Shown here piece after piece: positions 49,846 through 59,018 of a stretch of DNA of 64,000 nt. The notes beneath the pieces are model-generated. The model was not told the DNA's origin. It ran no database searches and was given only the letters and a program-made list of their open reading frames with translations. Numbering within the stretch: the first letter of the stretch is position 1; every line of letters starts with the position of its first letter. Source of the stretch: Chitinophagales bacterium (GTDB taxonomy: Bacteria; Bacillota; UBA5301; DYFA01); contig JBLNBQ010000061.1 in NCBI GenBank assembly GCA_050260095.1, positions 7,261 through 71,260 on the forward strand. Reading direction: 5' to 3'. Position numbers and translations under genes: made by a program.

Positions 49846-50010
49846 ATGTTGAAGCGGCTGCTCCGCGAAGAGGAAGGCCAGGGCATGGTCGAGTACGGTC
49901 TCATCATCGCCCTCGTGGCCATCGTCGTGATCGTCGTCCTCACCACCATGGGCAACAAGCTGAAGTCCACCTTCCAGGGCGTCTCCGACAGCCTGCCGAG
50001 CGGCAGCTGA
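49846..50010 (+). CDS. flp: Flp/Fap-family type IVb pilin (second tandem copy)
   Basis: MLKRLLREEEGQGMVEYGLIIALVAIVVIVVLTTMGNKLKSTFQGVSDSLPSGS, AAAGGAG RBS. Real start inside track ORF 49807. Confidence 0.8.
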   Translation: MLKRLLREEEGQGMVEYGLIIALVAIVVIVVLTTMGNKLKSTFQGVSDSLPSGS

Positions 50011-50052
50011 TCGCCGGGCCCTGCGGAAAGACGGCCTCGGCCTAGCAATGAA

Positions 50053-50092
50053 GAGGGCCCTGCTTGAGCAATCCGGCAGGGCCCTCTCTCCG
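50053..50092 (+). terminator. Strong stem-loop after the second flp gene (attenuator or terminator, weak U-tract)
   Basis: AGAGGGCCCTGC-12 nt-GCAGGGCCCTCT. The tail CTCTCC is not U-rich. Confidence 0.3.
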
Positions 50093-50115
50093 CCAGGCGC
50101 CAGGGGAAGGGAGGA

Positions 50116-50667
50116 ATGGGTGTGACTCCGGTGCGGATCGTCGTCTTGGCGGGGGTGCTCCTGTACGCAGTGGTCAGTGACGTGCGGACGCGGCGGATCC
50201 CGAACCTCCTTACCCTGCCGGGGATTCTGGCCGGACTAGCATTCTTCGCGGTGGAAGGGGGAGTGCGGGGCCTGCTCACCGGGCTGGCGGGAACCGCCGC
50301 CGGGGTTGCCCTCCTCTTCCTGCCGTTCGCCTACGGCGGGATGGGCGCGGGCGACGTCAAGTTGCTGGCGGTCGTCGGAGCCTTCGGCGGCCCCCGGTTC
50401 GCCTTCGTCTCCTTCCTGGGCGCCGCGCTTTTCGGCGGCGTGGTGAGCGGGTTCGTCCTCTGGCGGGAGGGGCGACTGGGCGCCACGCTCCGCGCCGTGC
50501 TCTGGGGCATCGCCGCCTTCGTCTCGCCGGCCATCCCCTTCATGCCGCTCCCCAAGCGCCCCGAGAACGCCCCCCACGCCGGGCCCTGGCCGGGCATCCC
50601 CTACGCGGTGGCGATCACCGTGGGCACGGTGGCCGGCTGGCTCTGGCAGGCGGGGTGGTTGCGGTGA
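50116..50667 (+). CDS. tadV: Prepilin peptidase TadV/CpaA (A24 family)
   Basis: About 6 TM, SDVRTRRIPN and GMGAGDVKL catalytic Asp motifs. Confidence 0.75.
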   Translation: MGVTPVRIVVLAGVLLYAVVSDVRTRRIPNLLTLPGILAGLAFFAVEGGVRGLLTGLAGTAAGVALLFLPFAYGGMGAGDVKLLAVVGAFGGPRFAFVSFLGAALFGGVVSGFVLWREGRLGATLRAVLWGIAAFVSPAIPFMPLPKRPENAPHAGPWPGIPYAVAITVGTVAGWLWQAGWLR

Positions 50668-51068
50668 AACGGGTGAGGCCCGGCCGGAGCCAGCGGGGGC
50701 AGGCCGTCGTCGAGCTGTCGCTCGTCATCACCGTGTTGCTCCTCTTGGTCCTGGGGCTCCTGGCTTTCGGCCAGATCATGCACGCCTACCTTTCTTTGAC
50801 TTATGCCTCCCGGGAAGGCGCCCGGGCGGCTGCCCTGCAGCATTCCGACGCCGACGTGCGCAGTGCCGTGGCCTCCGCCCTGCCGCCGACGATCCCTCAG
50901 GACGAGGTCACCACCACCATCAGCCCCACCGAAGGGGAGCGCCCCCGGGGGACGCCGGTCACGGTCGAACTGCGGTACCGGATTCCCATCGCCATCCCCC
51001 TCCTCGCCCAGGCCATCGGTCGCCAGGAGATCGTCCTGGTCGGCCGCACCACGATGCGGGCAGAGTAG
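50655..51068 (+). CDS. tadE: TadE-like pilus assembly protein
   Basis: RGQAVVELSLVITVLLLLVLGLLAFGQ TadE-like N-terminus. Confidence 0.65.
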   Translation: MVAVKRVRPGRSQRGQAVVELSLVITVLLLLVLGLLAFGQIMHAYLSLTYASREGARAAALQHSDADVRSAVASALPPTIPQDEVTTTISPTEGERPRGTPVTVELRYRIPIAIPLLAQAIGRQEIVLVGRTTMRAE

Positions 51069-51111
51069 AGGGCAGAGCGCGGGCAAGGTTGCGAAGGGAG
51101 AGGTGAGCAGA

Positions 51112-52077
51112 GTGGGTAAGGGTAGCGACTCGGTTCGGCGCAGCCCAGGCGGGCGCCGGCCGCTCGGAGATGAGCGGGGCCAGGTGCTCGTGCTGCTCGC
51201 CGTCTCCATGGTGGCCCTGCTCGGGTTCATGGCGCTCGTGGTGGACGTGGGGCTGCTCTACGGGCAGCGGGCCCGGGCGATGAACGCTTCCGAGGCGGCG
51301 ACGGCGGCCGGCATGCAGTTCCTGCCCGGCGATCCGGGTGGGGCGGTGGCCACCGCCGTGGACTATGCGACGCGCAACGGCTACCAGCCCGAGCAGGTCA
51401 CGGCCGTGGTCGGACCCGACAACAAGCGGCTGGAAGTGACGATCAAGGTGGACGCGCCGCTCTTCTTCGCCAGGGTGCTGGGGTTCAAGGGCGTGCCCAT
51501 CGGCGCCCGGACGGCGGCGCAGGCGGGGGCGGTTCGCTCCGTGAACGGCGCGGTGCCGCTCGGCGTCGAGAAGCAGGCCTTCGTTTACGGCGCCACCTAC
51601 TACCTCAAGAACTCCCCGGGCTATGGCGGCAGCTACAAGGGCAACTTCGGCGCCTTGGCGCTCGGCGGGCGGGGTGGCAGCACCTACGAGGAGAACCTGG
51701 CTCACGGCTACGACGGCGAACTCAAGGTCGGCGACGTGATCGAAACCGAGCCGGGCAACAAGTCGGGGCCGACTAACAGCGGGATCGCCGAGCGCATGAA
51801 CGCTGACCCCCTCGGCACCTACGAGAGCCACCGGGCCGACTCGCCCCGCATCCTCAAGGTGCCGGTCGTGGAGTGGGGCGCCAAGGGCGGGCGCTCCACC
51901 GCCACCGTCGTCGGGTTCGCCGCCTTCTGGCTCGAGGGCGTCGGCGGCTCCGGGCGGGAGTGCTACGTGAGCGGGCGGTTCATGAGACTGGTGACCTCAT
52001 CGGAAGAGGCCGAGCTGGGCACCGGCGACTACACCACTTACGATTACGGGCTCTACACCTACGATCTGGTCGAGTGA
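51112..52077 (+). CDS. TadG-like/Tad-domain pilus-associated protein
   Basis: ERGQVLVLLAVSMVALLGFMALVVDVGLLY (Tad N-terminal domain), Gly/Tyr-rich C-terminus. GTG 51112 within track ORF 50803. Confidence 0.55.
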   Translation: MGKGSDSVRRSPGGRRPLGDERGQVLVLLAVSMVALLGFMALVVDVGLLYGQRARAMNASEAATAAGMQFLPGDPGGAVATAVDYATRNGYQPEQVTAVVGPDNKRLEVTIKVDAPLFFARVLGFKGVPIGARTAAQAGAVRSVNGAVPLGVEKQAFVYGATYYLKNSPGYGGSYKGNFGALALGGRGGSTYEENLAHGYDGELKVGDVIETEPGNKSGPTNSGIAERMNADPLGTYESHRADSPRILKVPVVEWGAKGGRSTATVVGFAAFWLEGVGGSGRECYVSGRFMRLVTSSEEAELGTGDYTTYDYGLYTYDLVE

Positions 52078-52104
52078 CCGGGGGCTCGGCGGGAGGCGAA
52101 GGAC

Positions 52105-53724
52105 ATGCCAGGAAGGCGCATGACGGAATGGTCCAAGGCACTTCGCGGCCGCCCGGCGGCCGTTCTGCTTCTCCTGGCGCTCAGTATGGCAATGGCTGGA
52201 TGCGGCGGAGGTCCCACCGCCGGTTCGGGAACCACCGGCCGGCTGACCGGAAAGGTGACGGTCAGCACGCCCGACGGGCCGGCCCTGGCGGCGAGCGTCA
52301 AGGTCGACGGCACGGTGTACCAGGCGGTGGGCGGGACCTACCTCACCAACTACCTCGCCTACGGCACGCACACGATCACCGTCGGCGCCCCCGGCTATCA
52401 GACCCAGACGAGCGGCGTCAACCTGGCCCAGGCTTATTTGCGGCTCGACTTCGCCTTGAGCCAGGTGCCCGACACGACGGCGCCCACACTTGCCGGGACC
52501 ATGCCCGAGGCGGGGACCACCGGCGTGGACCGCAACACCAAGATCGTGATCACTTTCAGTGAACCCATGAACCAGACCACTGTGACCTCCGCCTTAAGCC
52601 TCTCGCCCGCCGTCCCGCTGCTTTTCAGCTGGGAGGACGACAGTCACCTGACGGTCACCCTCGGCCGGACGCTGGCGGCCGACACCGTCTACACCGTGAC
52701 CGTCGGCCCGGGCGCGCGGGACCGCGCCGGCAACGCGCTGGCGAACCCGGGAAGCTTCAGCTTCACCACCGGGACGGCGGTGGGCGGCGACGGGCGGATC
52801 GCCTTCACCAGCGACAAGACGCACCTGAACAAGGTCTACCTGATGCCGGATCAGCCGTTGGCGGCGGCCACCCCGCTGCTGCCCGACCAGAAAGAGGACC
52901 AGGAACCGGCCTGGTCGCCCGATGGCGTCCGGCTTGTCTTCACCTCCCGGCGCGGCAACCCCTTGGTCACGCAGTTGTTCGTGACCCGGCTCGACACGCC
53001 CAGCCCGGCGCAGGTCATCCCCGGGAGCGTCTATCAGGAGGCGGAGCCGAAGTGGTCGCCGCTGGGCGGGTGGATCGCCTTCAGTTCCATCCGCAACCAG
53101 GTCGAGGGCGACTGGGACATCTTCATCGTGCCCGTGGACGAGCGGGGGGTGGCCACCGGCAGCCCCCGGCAGGTGAACAAGGATCCGGGCGGAATCTATG
53201 GAACGTCCTGGGAGGCGGCGCCCGAGTGGTCGCCCGACGGCACGGTGCTCCTCTTCTCGTCGGACCGGACCGGGAAGCGGCTGATTTACGGCGTGGACGT
53301 GCAGGACCAGGGCGGGAAGGTCGGGGAAACCGCCGGGCTGACAGCCACCTGCCTCACCCCCGACGGCGAGCGGGAAGATGAGCCGGCCTGGTCGCCGGTG
53401 CCCTCGCCCGACGGCACTTGGCGGGTGGCGTACGTCTCCGAGCGCGGCGATACGCCCAACTGGGATCTCTGGCTCATGGACGTCGCCGTCTCCACCGACG
53501 CGGGAGGACACCGCGTGGTGACCGCCCGCGGCCACCGCCAGTTGACCAACTCGCCGGCCAACGAACACAAGCCGGTCTGGTCGCCCGATGGGAACTACAT
53601 CCTGTTCGTCTCGGAAGACGTGACCGGAACGCACCTGCATCGCATAGGCGCTGACGGCACCGGCGAAATCTCGTTCACCACCGGGTTCGCCAAAGAGGGC
53701 GGCCCCGCCTGGTCGTCGCGGTAG
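52105..53724 (+). CDS. Lipoprotein with carboxypeptidase-regulatory-like and Ig-like domains plus a TolB-like (PD40) beta-propeller
   Basis: Lipobox LSMAMAG-C, DTTAPTL...ITFSEPM Ig-like segment, at least 5 repeats of ...PAWSPDG.../EPKWSP/APEWSPDG/KPVWSPDG typical of TolB-like propellers. Confidence 0.55.
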   Translation: MPGRRMTEWSKALRGRPAAVLLLLALSMAMAGCGGGPTAGSGTTGRLTGKVTVSTPDGPALAASVKVDGTVYQAVGGTYLTNYLAYGTHTITVGAPGYQTQTSGVNLAQAYLRLDFALSQVPDTTAPTLAGTMPEAGTTGVDRNTKIVITFSEPMNQTTVTSALSLSPAVPLLFSWEDDSHLTVTLGRTLAADTVYTVTVGPGARDRAGNALANPGSFSFTTGTAVGGDGRIAFTSDKTHLNKVYLMPDQPLAAATPLLPDQKEDQEPAWSPDGVRLVFTSRRGNPLVTQLFVTRLDTPSPAQVIPGSVYQEAEPKWSPLGGWIAFSSIRNQVEGDWDIFIVPVDERGVATGSPRQVNKDPGGIYGTSWEAAPEWSPDGTVLLFSSDRTGKRLIYGVDVQDQGGKVGETAGLTATCLTPDGEREDEPAWSPVPSPDGTWRVAYVSERGDTPNWDLWLMDVAVSTDAGGHRVVTARGHRQLTNSPANEHKPVWSPDGNYILFVSEDVTGTHLHRIGADGTGEISFTTGFAKEGGPAWSSR

Positions 53725-53740
53725 AAACGGAGGGCTTTGG

Positions 53741-54583
53741 ATGCGCAACCGACGACTGCTCCTGCTCCTGGCGCTTGGCTCCGGGCTTCTGACGGCGGTG
53801 ATGGTCTTTTTCTACACCGCCTCCGTGAACAAACGGGCGAGCCAGCCGGCGTTCAAGATGGTGACGGTGGTGGTGGCGCGCACGCCGATCCCGGCCCGCA
53901 CCTCCATCCTCCCCGCCATGCTGGACGTGAAGAGACTGCCCGAACCGGCGGTCCTCCCGAACTACGTGCGCAGCGAAAGCGAGGTCGTCGGGGCGGTGAC
54001 CCGGGACGCGCTGGTGGCCGGGGAGCCGGTGCTCAAGGACCGGCTCTGGCCGAAAGGCACCCAGCCGGGGCTCACCTTCGCCATTCCCGCCGGCAAACGG
54101 GCCGTGACGGTGGCGGTCAACGAGGTGGTGGGGGTGGCCGGCTTCATCAAGCCGGGCGACCTGGTGGATGTCCTGGGGACCTTCGAGAAGGAACTCCTCG
54201 GCGCCGACACCACCGCGACGGTGCTCCAGGCCGTTCAGGTGCTCGCCATCGCCCAGAAGACGAAAGACGAGGGGAAGGACGAGGCGAAGGTCTCGACCAC
54301 CGTCACGCTCGCCGTCACCTTGGAAGAGGCGCAGAAGCTGACGCTGGCGGAGGAGCGGGGCAAGCTGCGGCTCGTCCTGCGCCCGGCGGGGGGAGTGGCC
54401 GACCTGGCCAAGCCGAAGCCGGCTACCGCCGGAGACTTGATCGGGGCGCCGCTCCGGAGCGCCCCGGCGGCCCAGCCCGCCCCCGCCCCGACCCCGCCCA
54501 AGCCGGCCGTCCGGGTTGACTTGTCCCGCCACACGGTCGAGGTCTTCCGGGGCTCCCGCCGCGACACGGTCGAGGTCCAGTAG
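53741..54583 (+). CDS. cpaB: Flp pilus assembly protein CpaB/RcpC
   Basis: N-terminal TM, SAF-like and RcpC regions (GDLVDVLGTF...LAVTLEEAQKLTLAEERGKLRLVLR). Confidence 0.75.
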   Translation: MRNRRLLLLLALGSGLLTAVMVFFYTASVNKRASQPAFKMVTVVVARTPIPARTSILPAMLDVKRLPEPAVLPNYVRSESEVVGAVTRDALVAGEPVLKDRLWPKGTQPGLTFAIPAGKRAVTVAVNEVVGVAGFIKPGDLVDVLGTFEKELLGADTTATVLQAVQVLAIAQKTKDEGKDEAKVSTTVTLAVTLEEAQKLTLAEERGKLRLVLRPAGGVADLAKPKPATAGDLIGAPLRSAPAAQPAPAPTPPKPAVRVDLSRHTVEVFRGSRRDTVEVQ

Positions 54584-54596
54584 GAGGTTGAAGAGC

Positions 54597-56306
54597 GTGC
54601 AGAAGAACAGGCGCCGTTTCCTGAAGACCGTCTTACTCCTGACCCTCGTGCTGCTCTTCGGCAACACGGTCCCCATCGCGGCCGGGGACGAACCGACGCT
54701 GGTCGTGGCGGTCGGCGAATCCCGAATCATAGGCGTGAAAGACCTCGACCGGGTGGCGATCGCCGATCCCAACGTGGCCGACGTGGTGGTCGCCTCCGCA
54801 AGCGAGATCCTCATCAACGGGAAACAGCCGGGTGCCACCAGCCTGCACCTGTGGGAGAAGACCGGGCGGCGGTCGTTCGTCATCCGGGTGGAGGAAGACG
54901 AGACCCTCGCCCGGCAGATCGCCGAGGTGATCGGCGATCCGGGCGTCAAGGTCCGGCTCATCAAGGGGTCGATCCTGCTGGAGGGGACGGTCGCCGATTA
55001 CGCGGCGGTGGCGAGGGCCGAGAAGATCGCCCGGGCCTACAGCGACAAGGTCGTGAACGTGCTTAAGTCGGAGAAGCCGCCCGAGGCGAGCCCGGCCGAG
55101 GTCAGAGCGGAAGCCGAGGCGCGGGCGAGAGCCGAGGCGGAGGCGCGGGCCAAGGCGGAGGCGGAGGCCAAGGCCAAGGCAGAGTCGGAGGCGAAGGCGC
55201 TGGCCGAGAGTGAAGCCAAGGCGAAGAGCGAGGCGGAACTCAAGGCCAAGCAGGAGGCGGAGGCCCAGGCGGCCGCCGCGGAACGCCAGAGGAAGGCCGA
55301 CGCCCTGGCGGCGCTGCCCGGCCAGGTGGAGGCCGCCATCGGGGCGCCCACCGTGAAGGCCCGGCTCTTGGGCGATGTCCTCCTGCTGGAGGGATCGCTC
55401 CCCGAACAGAAGGACGTCGAACGCGCCACCGGCATCGCGACCGCCCTCTCCACCGGTCTCGTGAGCAAGGTCGCCGTCTATCTGACCCTGGCGCCGGTGG
55501 AGCCTCCGCAGGTGCTGCTCCAGGTCCAGGTCGCCGAGGTGTATCAGGATGCCCTGAACAAACTGGGGATCGACTGGGGCGACTTCCAGGGCACCAACGA
55601 ACAGAAACAGTTCATCCCGGGGGAGCAGTGGCTGGGCGAGAACATGGTCACGGGCGTCATCGAGCGGGCGACCTCGCTTGTCGGCCGTATCGATGCCCTG
55701 CTCAAGGATGGTACCGCCAAGCTCCTGGCCGCCCCCTCTCTGCTCACCCGCAGCGGTAAGCAAGCGGATTTCATGGCCGGTGGCGAGATTCCGGTGGTCG
55801 TGTACAGCAAAGACGGCTACGTCATCTACTGGAAGGAGTACGGCGTCAAGTTGTCGATGACGCCGGAGGTCCAACCGAGCGGACGGATCACGGTTCATCT
55901 CAAACCGGAAGTCTCGACGCTCGACTGGGCAAACGGGTCCCGGGTCAACAACGTCTTGATGCCGGCCTTGAAAGTCCGGAGGGCCGAGACAGACGTGGAC
56001 CTCAGAGACAACGCAACCCTAGTTATCGGCGGTCTCATGAACCAGGAAGACGCCCGCAACCTCGAAGGCGTCCCCCTGCTCTCCAAGCTGCCCATCATCG
56101 GCCGGCTCTTTTCGAGCAAGGGCTTCCAGAGCGGGCGGACCCAATTGGTCATCTTCGTCACGCCCAGGCTGATCAAGGACGGCGGCAGCCCCAAGCCGGG
56201 CGACATTACCTCACCGGCGCTTCACCCGGAGACCCCGGGGGTGGAGCCGCCCGCGGCCAAAGCCCCCGTCCCGGCGCCGGCCGCCGGAGAGCGCTCCAGC
56301 AATTAG
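54597..56306 (+). CDS. cpaC: Tad pilus secretin CpaC/RcpA with an Ala/Glu/Lys-rich repeat insertion
   Basis: Signal peptide and a C-terminal secretin domain (GGEIPVVV...GVPLLSKLPIIGRLFSS...LVIFVTPRLI). Insert AEARARAEAEARAKAEAEAKAKAESEAKALAESEAKAKSEAELKAKQEAEAQ at about 55085-55310. GTG 54597 follows an AGGAGG RBS. Confidence 0.75.
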   Translation: MQKNRRRFLKTVLLLTLVLLFGNTVPIAAGDEPTLVVAVGESRIIGVKDLDRVAIADPNVADVVVASASEILINGKQPGATSLHLWEKTGRRSFVIRVEEDETLARQIAEVIGDPGVKVRLIKGSILLEGTVADYAAVARAEKIARAYSDKVVNVLKSEKPPEASPAEVRAEAEARARAEAEARAKAEAEAKAKAESEAKALAESEAKAKSEAELKAKQEAEAQAAAAERQRKADALAALPGQVEAAIGAPTVKARLLGDVLLLEGSLPEQKDVERATGIATALSTGLVSKVAVYLTLAPVEPPQVLLQVQVAEVYQDALNKLGIDWGDFQGTNEQKQFIPGEQWLGENMVTGVIERATSLVGRIDALLKDGTAKLLAAPSLLTRSGKQADFMAGGEIPVVVYSKDGYVIYWKEYGVKLSMTPEVQPSGRITVHLKPEVSTLDWANGSRVNNVLMPALKVRRAETDVDLRDNATLVIGGLMNQEDARNLEGVPLLSKLPIIGRLFSSKGFQSGRTQLVIFVTPRLIKDGGSPKPGDITSPALHPETPGVEPPAAKAPVPAPAAGERSSN

Positions 56307-56326
56307 CGTGAGGCGGGGTGGAGAAG

Positions 56327-57565
56327 ATGGCAGAACAGAGGCGGAAGCTCACCGTTCTGGTGGTGGACGACTCGGCGGAGGCCCGGGAGAACATCCGCAA
56401 ACTCCTGCGTTTCGATGACGAGATCGAGGTGGTTGGCGAGGCCGAGAACGGGCTGGCGGCCTTGGACAAGGCCAAGGACCTGCATCCCGACGTCATCCTC
56501 ATGGATATCAACATGCCGGTGATGGACGGCATCACGGCGACCGAGCGCCTCTCCCTCGACTGCCCGGAGAGCAGCATCGTCATGATCTCGGTGCAGGGCG
56601 AACAGGAGTACCTGCGGAAGGCGATGATGGCCGGCGCCCGGGAGTACCTGACCAAACCCTTCGCCGGCGACGATCTGGCCAACACCATCAAGCGCGTCGC
56701 CGAGCTGGAAGGGAAGCGCCGCCAGCGGCGGCAGGTGGAGCAGGGAGCCGTCGCGCCGGAGGGGAAAGTGATCACGGTCTTCAGCGCCAAGGGCGGGGTG
56801 GGCAAGACCACCCTGGCCGCCAACCTGGCGGTGGCCCTGGCCAAGGAGGCCAAGGCCCGGGTGGCGTTGGTCGATCTCGACCTTCAGTTCGGCACGGTGG
56901 CCGTCCTCATGGATGTCAACCCGGGCCGCACCATCGCCGAGCTGGTCCGGGAGAAGGAGATCGACGCCGAACTGGTCTCCTCCTACCTGGTCGACCACGC
57001 CAGCGGGGTCCGGATCCTGCCTTGCCCGCTCCGGCCGGAGCAGGCCGAGACGGTGAACGCCGGCCACGTCGAGAGGATTCTCGGCACCCTGCGGAAGATG
57101 GCCGACTTCATCATCGTGGACACCCCGCAGTCCTTCAGCGAGACGAGCCTGGTCGCCCTGGACACGGCCGATGTGATCCTGCTCCTGGCTACTCTGGAGC
57201 TGCCGGCGGTCAAGAACGCCAAGCTCGCCCTCGATGTCATGCTGTCCCTCAAGTATCCTCCGGAGAAGATCCGGCTGGTGATCAACCGCTACGCCGACGA
57301 CATCGGGATCCCCCGGGAAGACCTGGAGAAGAGTCTTAGGTTCCCGGTCTCGGCGCGCATCCCCTCCGACGGGCGGGTCGTGGTCCTGTCCGTCAACAAG
57401 GGGATCCCGTTCTACGTCTCCGAACCGGGGGCCAAGGTTTCGCAGGCGGTGAGAGACCTCGCCTTGAACCTGGCCGGCAAGGGCGCGCAGGAGGCGGCGG
57501 CCACCGGAGAGGCGGAGGCGGCCAAGCCCAGGTTTTCGCTGGGAGGGCTCCTCGGGCGGGGCTAG
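56327..57565 (+). CDS. cpaE: CpaE/TadZ: N-terminal response-regulator receiver domain fused to a ParA/MinD-like ATPase
   Basis: LTVLVVDDSAEARENI...DVILMDINMP (REC with phospho-acceptor Asp) then SAKGGVGKTTLAANLA deviant Walker A. Confidence 0.75.
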   Translation: MAEQRRKLTVLVVDDSAEARENIRKLLRFDDEIEVVGEAENGLAALDKAKDLHPDVILMDINMPVMDGITATERLSLDCPESSIVMISVQGEQEYLRKAMMAGAREYLTKPFAGDDLANTIKRVAELEGKRRQRRQVEQGAVAPEGKVITVFSAKGGVGKTTLAANLAVALAKEAKARVALVDLDLQFGTVAVLMDVNPGRTIAELVREKEIDAELVSSYLVDHASGVRILPCPLRPEQAETVNAGHVERILGTLRKMADFIIVDTPQSFSETSLVALDTADVILLLATLELPAVKNAKLALDVMLSLKYPPEKIRLVINRYADDIGIPREDLEKSLRFPVSARIPSDGRVVVLSVNKGIPFYVSEPGAKVSQAVRDLALNLAGKGAQEAAATGEAEAAKPRFSLGGLLGRG

Positions 57566-57612
57566 ATCCGGGGCGGCTTCGCAGGCAAGAGCTGGGGAGG
57601 GAGGGCTGACAC

Positions 57613-58998
57613 ATGTCGCTTCTGGCCCGCATGGAAAGAGAGAAGCAGCAAGGGCAGGCGGAGGGCGCGGATCGACCGGAGCGGCCGGGCAAGGGTTCCG
57701 CCGCGGCGCAGCCGGTGGTCCAGGATCCCCACAAACGCCTGAAGAACCTGGTCCACGAGAAACTCGTCGCGGAGCTGGACCCTAAGCTGATCGAGCGGCT
57801 CGACGGCGGGGATCAGTCGGATGAGGTGCGGGCGGCGATCGAGGCGGTCATCGCTGAAGTGTTGGACGCCGAGGCGCCCAACATGACGCGCACCGACCGG
57901 CAGGCGCTGGTGACGGAGATCATCGACGAGGTGCTGGGGTTCGGGCCGATCAACGGCCTGCTGAACGACCCCAACATCTCCGAGGTCATGGTCAACGGCC
58001 CGCGCCAGGTGTACATCGAACGGAAAGGGAAGCTGGTCTTAACCGACGTAGTCTTCCGGGACAACAACCATGTGATGCACGTCATCGAAAAGATCGTGGC
58101 TCCTCTGGGGCGCCGGATCGACGAGTCGTCGCCGATGGTCGACGCCCGCCTGCCCGACGGCTCGCGCGTGAACGCCATCATCCCGCCGCTCTCCCTGGTG
58201 GGGCCCTGCATCACGATCCGCAAGTTCTCGAAAGACCCGCTGCAGATCAAAGACCTGATCCGCTTCGGGTCCCTGAGCGAACAGATGGCCTGGTTCTTGG
58301 AGGCGTGCGTCAAGTCGCGGCTCAACATCGTCGTCTCGGGCGGGACCGGGTCAGGCAAGACGACCACCCTGAACGTGCTCTCCTCCTTCATTCCCGAGGA
58401 CGAGCGGATCGTCACCGTGGAGGACGCGGCGGAGCTGCAGCTCCGGCAGGACCACGTCGTCTCGCTGGAGTCGCGCCCGCCCAACATCGAGGGGAAGGGG
58501 GCGGTGCACATCCGCGACCTGGTGCGGAACTGCCTCCGGATGCGCCCCGACCGCATCGTGGTCGGCGAGGTGCGCGGCGGCGAGGCGCTCGACATGCTGC
58601 AGGCGATGAACACCGGCCACGACGGGTCGCTCACCACCGGCCACGCCAACAGCCCTCGCGACATGCTGGCCCGCCTGGAGACGATGGTGCTGATGGCGGG
58701 CATGGAGTTGCCGGTCAAGGCCATCCGGGAGCAGATCGCCTCTGCGGTGGACCTCATCGTGCAGCAGTCGCGCCTTAGGGACGGCAGCCGCAAAATCACC
58801 CACATCACCGAGGTGCAGGGCATGGAGGGCGAGATCATCACCCTTCAGGACATCTTCGTCTTCGAACAGCGCGGGGTCGACGAGACCACCGGCAAGATCG
58901 TGGGACGCCATAAGCCGACCGGCATCCGCCCCAAGTTCATCGACAAGTTCTACAACGCTGGCATCCAGGTGCCGCCCGACCTCTTCGTGGCGGACTGA
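57613..58998 (+). CDS. cpaF: Tad pilus ATPase CpaF/TadA (VirB11-family)
   Basis: GGTGSGKTTTLN Walker A, DRIVVGEVRGGEA, and MNTGHDGSLTTGHANS His box. Confidence 0.9.
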   Translation: MSLLARMEREKQQGQAEGADRPERPGKGSAAAQPVVQDPHKRLKNLVHEKLVAELDPKLIERLDGGDQSDEVRAAIEAVIAEVLDAEAPNMTRTDRQALVTEIIDEVLGFGPINGLLNDPNISEVMVNGPRQVYIERKGKLVLTDVVFRDNNHVMHVIEKIVAPLGRRIDESSPMVDARLPDGSRVNAIIPPLSLVGPCITIRKFSKDPLQIKDLIRFGSLSEQMAWFLEACVKSRLNIVVSGGTGSGKTTTLNVLSSFIPEDERIVTVEDAAELQLRQDHVVSLESRPPNIEGKGAVHIRDLVRNCLRMRPDRIVVGEVRGGEALDMLQAMNTGHDGSLTTGHANSPRDMLARLETMVLMAGMELPVKAIREQIASAVDLIVQQSRLRDGSRKITHITEVQGMEGEIITLQDIFVFEQRGVDETTGKIVGRHKPTGIRPKFIDKFYNAGIQVPPDLFVAD

Positions 58999-59018
58999 CC
59001 GGAAAGGAGGAAAGCCGC

